Positions 54,782-64,000 of a DNA stretch of 64,000 bases are shown here, in pieces. Origin of the DNA: Macrostomum lignano (lineage: Eukaryota); the NCBI GenBank assembly GCA_002269645.1, contig NIVC01000430.1, positions 136,766-200,765 of the forward strand. The letters are read 5' to 3'. Each line of letters begins with the position of its first letter. Within the stretch, counting starts at the first letter, position 1. The position numbers and the translations under genes were made by a program. Below the pieces are notes generated by a model that had not been told where the DNA came from, searched no databases, and was given only the letters and a program-made list of their open reading frames with translations.

Positions 54782-55647
54782 ATGGCCCTGACTCTGCCTC
54801 TGGCGTCAGATCCGGCGTCAGATCCGGCTGTCAAGTCACCTTCTAGTCCAGCGACAACGCCGCACCACCAGCCGCAGCAGCAGCAGCCTCCGCCGTCGCC
54901 AGCAAAGTTGACGTCTCAACCCGAAGAGATTGGTTCCAACCCTTTCTTAGACGCATTCTTTGCGGTTGACAAAGACCATAGCGAGTCCATCACATCCGAG
55001 GAACTGTCGGATTACATGTCCAATTCTCAGTTTGAGAACAACTTTGGAGAGGTAAATGTATACGCTTATTAAAGTTGTAAAATTACTTTACTGAGGTTAC
55101 ACTAAGAAGCTACATGAATGTAACGCCTAAATTCGACGTCACTCTTTCGCTCAGAAATGGATGAAGCTCTTTGACGAAGACGCTGACGGTACGATCACTC
55201 TGGAAGAGTACTGCAACGTACTTGGTCTCAACCCGAAACAGGCGTAAGTCAACTTGGTTTGCTAACGTGCTACATCTGATGTTGGGTTTGGAATATATTA
55301 AAATGAATGCATCACTTAGGAGAGTCTATCGCGACAAGAAAGTCAGAGCCGTCTGCTTAAAAGAGAACCGATTGACCGAAGACGTCGCCTGCATTTCGGC
55401 CAGTATGCAGTTGGAGACGCAGTTAGACGTAATTGAAGTATTTCGCGAGGCTCAGCGTCGCAGTCAGCAGGCCAGAGACATTGCGGCCTACATGAAAACC
55501 CAGCTGGATCAGCAGTTTGGTCGCCTGTGGCACATTGTGCTGCTGACTGGACAGTACTGGGCCAGCTACAGTCACGAGCCGGGGATGGCGCTATTCTTCA
55601 AATCCAACAAGTTCATCGTGATGGCCTGGCGAACGCCCGGCATTTAG
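54782..55647 (+). CDS. Tegument-allergen-like (TAL) protein: 2 EF-hands + dynein-light-chain-like domain, 228 aa; exons 54782-55051, 55155-55243, 55320-55647
   Basis: EF loops DKDHSESITSEE and DEDADGTITLEE; DLC-like IAAYMKTQLDQQFGRLWHIV...FFK...VMAWRTP. GT..AG phases consistent (687 nt). Confidence 0.9.
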
Positions 55648-55667
55648 GGGCTGTTGTTTCAGTAAGA

Positions 55668-56160
55668 GTGAGTCAGGATGGATTGGGGCTGAGTCAGGGT
55701 GTATTAAAGTGAAGGTTGAAGGTAAGGTGAAGGTGAATGTTAAGGTGAGTCAGGATGAGTTAAGGTGAGTCAGGAGGAGTTAAGGTGAGTCAGAATGGGT
55801 TAAAGTGAGTCAGGATGGGTTAAGGTGAGTCAGGATGGGTTAAGGTGAGTCAGAGTGAGTTAAGGTGAGTCAGGATGAGTTAAGGTGAGTCAGGATGAGT
55901 TAAGGTGAGTCAGGATGGGTTAAGGTGAGTCAGGATGAGTTAAGGTGAGTCAGAGTGAGTTAAGGTGAGTCAGGATGAGTTAAGGTGAGTCAGGATGAGT
56001 TAAGGTGAGTCAGGATGGGTTAAGGTGAGTCAGGATGAGTTAAGGTGAGTCAGAGTGAGTTAAGGTGAGTCAGGATGAGTTAAGGTGAGTCAGGATGGGT
56101 TAAGGTGAGTCAGGATGGGTTAAGGTGAGTCAGGATGGGTTAAGGTGAGTCAGGATGAGT
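55668..56160. repeat. 20-bp minisatellite (TAAGGTGAGTCAGGATG[A/G]GT) downstream of TAL stop
   Basis: 21 regular units at 55741-56160. Confidence 0.97.
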
Positions 56161-56996
56161 CCGACTGAGTCTATGTTGAGGGTGTTCACTCTTGTTGTTG
56201 AGGATGCAACAGAAGAGTATAGTCACTTTAGGCAGCCACAATACTGTAAATAAATTTTTATACACAAGTTTTATCCAAAGCTTTACGAGCTACCTGCACC
56301 AATTAAAGCGCACTGATAAGCAACCAAATTTTTTAATTTTTAATTAAAGCCATAATCTTAAACTTCCTGTACATGCCAACATCTTGAAAAAAAGAATTTT
56401 TGCAATAATTCTTTTCTTGTAAATAAAAGTAAACTAAGGCGGCTCTGTGCTTATTGATGTTTGTCTGGAGTCCAGAGGTTTATTATTTTGCTCTTAGCTA
56501 ATCTGGCATCTTACCAAACAGTTTCTTAAACCGATTCCTTTAATCGATTGTTTTGAGTAAGTTGGTGATAAAATTTAAAACTGCGATTGTCAAAGCAACC
56601 AATCTAAAATCAGTTAATTATATGAAGCAGAAAAATCATCACATCGATAAAAAATTAGGATTTACAAAATTTAGCCAGGAAACAGTAAGTAGGTAGCATT
56701 AATATTGTAGTTGCAACTATTTAAATTAATGATAACATTACAATAGGAAAATCATATAAATAACTAATTATAAATACCCGCAAGCAGACGGTCGGAAGTT
56801 AACATTAACGTCGTTTGTAGCGACGCAACAAAATTTTAGTTGGTGTCTTTCCTGGTTAAATTCACCCAATTTTTTGTGAAGATTTTGTACAAACTAGCAC
56901 CCAATGGGGAGGGATTTTCGGTCGGGTCCAGGGGTGGGTCAGAAGCAGGTCAAGGCAGGTCACAAGTCAGAAGTCACGCGTAGGGGGTCAGGTCAG

Positions 56997-58832
56997 TCAC
57001 ACTCGTCGCTTGATGCCGAAATCCTCGAAGTCCAGCATGGCGTCTTCCTCCTTGGAGACGTGCAGGATTCTTCGTTGCAGGCCGATGCTGGCCGGCTTAA
57101 AGTTCTCTCCGTCGTTGGCCTCCTTGATGGATTTGACGGCTTCCACGGTCTGAGGAATTTTTTCAATTGGTTTTGGTTGCATTTCGTAAAAAACCATAAA
57201 CATTTAATGTCAGGTATACTCTACTGACAAAAGTAGAAATGAAAACATTTTTTCGAGAATTTTCGTAAAAATCTATAGATGTTTCATGCAAGAGATACTC
57301 TACTGAAGAAAGTAGAAATGGAAAAATTTTTCGATAACTTTTTCTACCAACAGTAAACATAAAAGCATTTTATGCATTTTAGGTTTTTGCATAGATCAAA
57401 TTATGTGAGCTTTTTCTCACCCAGTCGAAGACGGCGAATGCGGCCGGACTCTGCAGGGCCATCTCGCGCCTGTCGATGCCGCTGAGAATCTGCTGACTGC
57501 GCGCGGCGATGCGCGGATCAACGCTGGTAGCGTCGAAGCCACCATTGGCGAGGCGTTCGACGCCCTTCAGCAGCGGCTGGCAGCGCTTCCATTTCTGGAG
57601 GGAATTCATTGAAATGGGCGCGCTTGTTGTCAGTGAGAGGCTTCATCACTGATTTGAAGAGGGAGAATCTGCAGTGCGCACTTCGATCTTAAACTAATTG
57701 CATTTCATTTGCTTCCCGAATTCCCTCCATTTCTCTACCGGAATCCCCTCCATTTCTCTACCGGAATTCCCTCCATTTCTCTACCGGAATCCCCTCCATT
57801 TCTCTACCGGAATCCCTCAATTTGTCTCCATGAATTCCCTCCATTTCTCTACCGGAATCCCTCCATTTCTCTCCATGAATTCCCTCAATTTCTCTACCAG
57901 AATTCCCTCCATTTCTCTACCGGAATTCCCTCCATTTCTCTACCGGAATCCCCTCCATTTCTCTACCGGAATCCCCTCCATTTCTCTACCGGAATTCCCT
58001 CCATTTCTCTACCGGAATCCCTCAATTTGTCTCCAGGAATTCCCTCCATTTCTCTACTGGAATCCCTCCATTTCTCTACTGGAACCCCTCCATTTCTCTA
58101 CCGGAATTCCCTCCATTTCTCTACTGGAATTCCCTCCATTTCTCTACCGGAATCCCTCAATTTGTCTCCAGGAATTCCCTCCATTTCTCTACCGGAACCC
58201 CTCCATTTCTCTACTGGAATTCCCTCCATTTCTCTACCGGAATTCCCTCCATTTCTCTACCGGAATCCCCTCCATTTTTCTACCGGAACCCCTCCATTTC
58301 TCTCCATGAATTCCCTCCATTTCTCTACCGGAATTCCCTCCATTTCTCTACCGGAATCCCCTCCATTTTTCTACCGGAACTCCCTTCATCTACGCCTGGC
58401 CAAGTCCCAAGCTGCTGCTGCAGCCAGTCAAACGCTCACCCTGGTCCGTTTTTCATAGTTGCCAGCCAGCAGCAGCAGGGCCCGCACAGTTTTGTGCACC
58501 GACTCCACCGGTCGCTGGTAGGCCCGAAGCTCCAGCAGGCTGCGCGCTGTCATCATCGACTGCTGCTGTTGCTTCTTTTGCATGTCAACGCTGTTCAACT
58601 TCCGTTCGCGTTCGATCAGCTCGTCAGCTTCTTCCAGCTCTGAGCGCAGCATCAGCCGCTGATTGTCTGTCAGACTCTCCGACTTCACCTGCTCCACCAG
58701 CTGGGTCAGCCGGCCGACACTGCGATACTTCTTCGATCGGCTGATGGCCGAGCGGAGGACTGCGGAGTATGAGCGGGTCTTGCTGCAGACAGACAGACAG
58801 ACAGACAGACAGACGGACAGACAGACGGACAG

Positions 58833-58870
<38 letters not shown>

Positions 58871-58916
58871 GGACAGACAGACAGACGGACAGACAGACGG
58901 GCAGACAGACGGGCAG

Positions 58917-58951
<35 letters not shown>

Positions 58952-61900
58952 GGCAGACAGACGGGCAAACAGACGGGCAGACAGACGGGCAGACAGACGG
59001 GCAGACAGACGGACAGACAGACGGACAGACAGACGGACAGACAGACGGGCAGACAGACGGGCAGACAGACGGGCAGACAGACAGACAGACAGACGGGTAG
59101 ACAGACGGGCAGACAGACGGGCAGACAGACGGGCAGACAGACGGGCAGACAGACGGACAGACAGACGGACAGACAGACGGACAGACAGACGGGCAGACAG
59201 ACGGGCAGACAGACGGGCAGACAGACGGACAGACAGACGGGCAGACAGACAGACAGACAGACGGACAGACAGACAGACAGACAGACGGGCAGACTCACTT
59301 TTCCGCTGCTCCAGAGCGTGCAGTGTCAGCTTGGCCTCCTTGAGCTTCTTCACCTCGCGCTCCTTCAGCATGATCCGCTCGGCAGCGGCCTCGGTCTCGG
59401 AGATGGCATCGCCAATTCTGTCGGCGTTGCGCAGCTTGGCCAGCAGGGCGGAGTCGAGCTCGGCAAAGCGCAGCTTCAGCTGCTCCCGCCGCGGCGAAGT
59501 CTTGGAACCTCCGGCGCCCTGCTGTTTGGCCGTTGGCTGGCCTCTGCCCTGCGATTGTTCGATAGAGAAAAAAGCCATCAGCTGAGATTTTAACTATAAA
59601 AGCTTTTCTCGTAAAACTGTCACTCACGGTAAAGCTACTCACAGTAGTCACTGCTCTACCGGGCGACACACCACCAGAAGGCCGAGGCGATCTGACGGGC
59701 GGAAGCGTTTTCTGCTTCGAAGAATGAGAAGCAGCAACTGGCTGCTCCTGTGGCTGCTTTGTTGGCTTCCTTTGATCTTTAGCGGCTTGTGCCTCGTCAG
59801 CTGCGAAAGCTGCCGGTTGAGCCTCCCCGGCTGGGGTAGCTTCCGGTTGAGCCTCCTCGGCTGGAGCAGCTTCCGGTTGAGTCTCCTCGGCTGGGGCAGC
59901 ATCCGGTTGAGCCTCCTCGGCTGGGGTAGCTTCCGGTTGAGCCTCCTCGGCTGGGGTAGCTTCCGGTTGAGCCTCCTCGGCTTGAGCGGCTTCCGATTGA
60001 GTCTCCTCGGCTGGGGCAGCTTCCGGTTGAGCTTCATCAGTCACTGGCTGCGCATCATCGGCTGGGGTAGCTTCCGGTTGAGCCTCCTCGGCTTGAGCGG
60101 CTTCCGGTTGAGTCTCCTCGGCTGGGGCAGCTTCCGGTTGAGCCTCCTCGGCTTGAGCGGCTTCCGGTTGAGTCTCCTCGGCTGGGGCAGCTTCCGGTTG
60201 AGCTTCATCAGCCACTGGCTGCGCATCATCGGCTGGGGTAGCTTCCGGTTGAGCCTCCTCGGCTGGGGCAGCTTTTGGTTGAGCTTCATCAGCCACTGGC
60301 TGTGCATCATCGACTGGAGCATCTTCCGGTTGAGCCTCATTTTTTGGGATAGCTTCCGGTTGAGCCTCATCAACCACTGGCTGCGCATCCTCGGCTGAAG
60401 CAGCTTCCGGTTGAGCCTCGGCTTGAGCGGCTTCCGGTTGAGTCTCCTCGGCTGGGGCAGCTTCCGGTTGAGCTTCATCAGTCACTCGCTGCGCATCATC
60501 GGCTGGGGTAGCTTCCGGTTGAGCCTCATCAACCACTGGCTGCGCATCCTCGGCTGAAGCAGCTTCCAGTTGAGCCTCCTCGGCTGGGGCAGCTTCCGGT
60601 TGAGCATCGTCGGCTGGGGCAGCTTCCGGTTGAGCCTCATCTTTTGGGGTAACTTCCGGTTGAGCCTCATCAGCCACTGGCTGCGCATCCTCGGCTGGGG
60701 TAGCTTCCGGTTGAGCCTCATCAGCCACTGGCTGCGCATCCTCGGCTGGGGTAGCTTCCGGTTGAGCCTCATCAGCCACTGGCTGCGCATCCTCGGCTGG
60801 GGCGGCTTCCAGTTGAGCCTTCTCGGCTGGTGCAGCTTCCGGTTGTGCCTCATCAGCCACTGGCTGCGCACCCTTGGCTTGGGTAGCTTCCGGTAGAGCC
60901 TCCTCAGCTGGGCCAGCTTCTGGTTGAGCCTCATCGGCTGGGGCAGTTTCCGGTTGAGCCTCCTCGGTAGAGACAGCTTCCGGTTTAGCCTCATCGGCAG
61001 AGGCAGCTTCTGGTTTAGCCTCATCGGTAGAGGCAGATTCCGGTTGAGCCTCATCGGTAGAGGCAGCTTCCGGTTTAGCCTCAGCGGCAGAGGCAGCTTC
61101 CTGTTTAGCCTCATCGGTAGAGGCAGCTTCCGGTTGAACTTCATAGACTTGGGCAGCTTTCGCTTGATCCTCACCAGCCACTGGCTGCGCATCCTCGGCT
61201 GGGGCAGCTTCCGGTTGACCATCATTAGCGGAGGCAGCTTCTGGTTTAGGCTCATCGGTTGAGGCAGTTTTTCGTTGAGCCTCATCAGCAACTGTCTGCG
61301 CATCCTCGGCTGGGGCAGCTTCCGGTTTAGCTTCTTCGGTTGAGGCATCTTCTAGTTTAGCCTCCTTGGTCAAGGCAGCTTCCGGTTGAACCTCATCAGC
61401 TTGTGAAGCTTCTTGCGCTTGAGCCTCATCGGCTTGAGCAGCTTCTTCTGGTTGAGCGTCATCGGCTTGAGCAGCTTCTTCTGGTTGAGCGTCATCGGCT
61501 TGAGCAGCTTCTGGTTGAGCCTCATCGGCTTGAGCAGCTTCTGGTTGAGCCTTCTCGGCTGGAGCAGCTTCCTTTTGAGCATCATCGGATTGAGCAGCTT
61601 CTTCTGGTTGATCGTCATCGGCTTGAGCAGCTTCAGATTGAGCCTCATCGGCTTGAGCAGCTTCCTTTTGAGCATCATCGGGTTGTGCAGCTTCCTTTTG
61701 AGCATCATCGGATTGAGCAGCTTCTTCTGGTTGAGCCTCATCGGCTTGAGCAGCTTCCGGTTGAGCCTCACTGGCTTGAGCAGCTTCCGGTTGAGCCTCA
61801 CTGGCTTGAGCAGCTTCCGGTTGAGCCTCATCGGCTGGAGCAGCTTCCTTTTGAGCATCATCGGATTGAGCAGCTTCTTCTGGTTGATCGTCATCGGCTT

Positions 61901-63522
61901 GAGCAGCTTCCTTTTGAGCATCATCGGATTGAGCAGCTTCTTCTGGTTGATCGTCATCGGCTTGAGCAGCTTCCTTTTGAGCATCATCGGATTGAGCAGC
62001 TTCTTCTGGTTGATCGTCATCGGCTTGAGCAGCTTCAGATTGAGCCTCATCGGCTGGAGCAGCTTCCTTTTGAGCATCATCGGGTTGTGCAGCTTCCTTT
62101 TGAGCATCATCGGATTGAGCAGCTTCTTCTGGTTGAGCCTCATCGGCTTGAGCAGCTTCCGGTTGAGCCTCACTGGCTTGAGCAGCTTCCGGTTGAGCCT
62201 CACTGGCTTGAGCAGCTTCCGGTTGAGCCTCATCGGCTGGAGCAGCTTCCTTTTGAGCATCATCGGATTGAGCAGCTTCTTCTGGTTGATCGTCATCGGC
62301 TTGAGCAGCTTCCTTTTGAGCATCATCGGATTGAGCAGCTTCTTCTGGTTGATCGTCATCGGCTTGAGCAGCTTCAGATTGAGCCTCATCGGCTTGAGCA
62401 GCTTCCTTTTGAGCATCATCGGGTTGTGCAGCTTCCTTTTGAGCATCATCGGATTGAGCAGCTTCTTTTGGTTGAGCCTCATCGGCTTGAGCAGCTTCCG
62501 GTTGAGCCTCACTGGCTTGAGCAGCTTCCGGTTGAGCCTCATCGGCTTGAGCAGCTTCCGGTTGAGCCTCATCGGCTTGAGCAGCTTCCGGTTGAGCTTC
62601 ATCGGCTTGAGCAGCTTCCGGTTGAGCATCATTGGCTTGAGCAGCTTTTTCTGGTTGAGCGTCATCGGCTTGAGCAGCTTCCGGTTGAGCCTCATTGGCT
62701 TGAGCAGCTTCAGGTTGAGCCTCATCGGCTTGAGCAGCTTCCTTTTGAGCATCATCGGCTTGTGAAGCTTCCTTTTGAGCGTCATCGGCTTGAGCAGCTT
62801 CCGGTTGAGCCTCATTGGCTTGAGCAGCTTCCTTTTGACCATCATCGGATTGAGCAGCTTCTTCTGGTTGAGTGTCATCGCTTTGAGCAGCTTCTTTTTG
62901 AGCGCCATCGGCTTCAACAGCTTCCTGTTGAGCGTCATCGGCTGGGGCAGCTTCCTTTTGAGCCTCATCGGCTTGAACAGCTTCCTGTTGAGCGTCATCG
63001 GCTGGGGCAGCTTCGTTTTGAGCCTCATCGGCTTGAACAGCTTCCTGTTGAGCGTCGTCGGCTGGGGCAGTATCAGGTTGAGCGTCATCAGCTGGAGCAG
63101 CTTCCTTTTGAGCATCATCGGATTGAACAGCTTCCGGTTGAGCCTCATTAGCTTGATCAGCTTCCGGTTGAGCCTCATTAGCTTGAGCATCTTCAGCTTG
63201 GGAATCATTCTCTTGTGCGTTGTGCTCTTGATAAGCTTCTAATTTAGCTTCATCAGCTTTGAGCAGCTTCTTTTCGCTGAGCGTCATCGCCTTGAGCAGC
63301 TTTCGGTTGAGCATCGTCGGCTGGAGCAGCTTCCGGTTGAGCATTGTCGGCTGGAGCAGCTTCTGGTTGAGCATCGTCGGCTGGAGCAGCTTTTGGTTGA
63401 GCCTCATCGGCTTGAGCAGCTTCTAATTGCTTAGTCCCTCCAAGGGGCTCCGCAGCTGGTTCAGGTGCCGTGTCCTGTCTTACTGACACTCTGTCGCCTT
63501 CACTACGGCCGTTCTTAGGGCT
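56997..63522 (-). CDS. Giant acidic-repeat protein with coiled coil and dynein-stalk MTBD-like C-terminus (5'-partial, ~1,600 aa in window); exons 59643-63522, 59299-59548, 58440-58782, 57421-57594, 56997-57149; two 1-nt frame discrepancies
   Basis: Exon 1: EAAQADEAQP-type repeats. Downstream exons give LLELRAYQRPVESVHKTVRALLLLAG...KWKRCQPLL...FDATSVDPRI...SPAAFAVFDWTVEAV. Canonical splice sites. An extra A at 63258-63260 and a phase mismatch at the 59299/58782 junction need correction. Confidence 0.75.
57720..58385. repeat. 23-24 bp minisatellite (CCCTCCATTTCTCTACCGGAAT[T/C])
   Basis: About 28 copies; intronic; source of ORFs 57698-58458. Confidence 0.95.
58787..59292. repeat. (CAGA)n/(CAGACGG[A/G])n repeat filling almost the whole intron 58783-59298
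   Basis: Direct inspection. Confidence 0.97.
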
Positions 63523-64000
63523 CTGTTGACGGATGAAAAAGTTTGGAAGTGACAAATATGTTTATAGTCGAGTACATCGATAGGCTCGTACTATGGAGTA
63601 GACAAGTAGATTTGATTGGCTGTTATTATGCTCGTAAATAGTGCAAAATATAACGTCGGTATCAAATGCGTATGAAATAATAAAGCGGTGATGTAAACAG
63701 GCCTTCCTTAAAGTGTGAGCAGATCGCTGACTTTTCGCGCCACCCTGTGTGAGCGCGTGTGCATGAGTGCGTGCCTGCGTGCAACATTGGCGAGCTCGTA
63801 TGTGCTCAGGAGTGAGCGGAGACGATGTCGCTGAAGGCATGTTACCGGGGTGCCCACGGACCTTTTGTACTCGTAATAATAATTATTATTATTATTATGC
63901 TAGTAATTCATTTTTTTGGTAACTCTGTAAGACTCAGTAATGAAAGACTCAGTTATGAAATGTTTTGAGCACAAGTATTCAACTTCATACGGTTATAATT

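Noticed and set aside
57698-58458. 203/249-aa EFPPFLYRN-repeat ORFs
   Set aside because: Antisense intronic minisatellite of the giant gene.
61370-63208. Basic 612-aa alternative frame and antisense 582/450-aa ORFs over the giant exon
   Set aside because: Shadow frames of a coding repeat; only the acidic frame connects to the downstream spliced exons.
59295-63407. 1,370-aa ORF as a single-exon CDS
   Set aside because: Its first ~50 aa are off-frame before the extra A, and its last ~115 aa run through the GTGAGT donor at 59642 into intron and the wrong frame.

Overview
Eukaryotic, intron-rich animal DNA; no prokaryotic features and no CRISPR array. A TAL-family gene (EF-hand pair plus dynein-light-chain domain) points to a flatworm. 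The density of intronic minisatellites suggests a Macrostomum-like free-living species (inference). Splicing exons by eye with GT..AG and phase continuity gives these genes: a 14-3-3 first coding exon (-); complete UBE2H (-, 6 exons) head-to-head with a complete paxillin-family gene (+, LD motifs and 4 LIM domains); two orphan membrane-protein genes (-); a tentative secreted-protein gene (+); a divergent mitochondrial-type malate dehydrogenase (+, 3 exons); intronless PAN/apple + C-type-lectin and S10 serine carboxypeptidase genes (-); a TAL gene (+); and the 3' part of a giant gene (-). The giant gene encodes about 1,290 aa of acidic A/E/D/Q/P repeats, then a coiled coil and a motor-less dynein-stalk microtubule-binding-like domain. 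Mobile elements with diagnostic ends: an 8-bp-TSD MITE, a solo LTR with 4-bp TSD, a hAT-type MITE, tRNA-derived SINE-like heads, and a 5.3-kb non-autonomous Helitron inserted at A^T in a minisatellite and carrying satellite cargo. Most long ORFs in the supplied track are tandem-repeat artefacts, and many start at GTG/TTG. All identifications are by-eye motif recognition; no database search was run.
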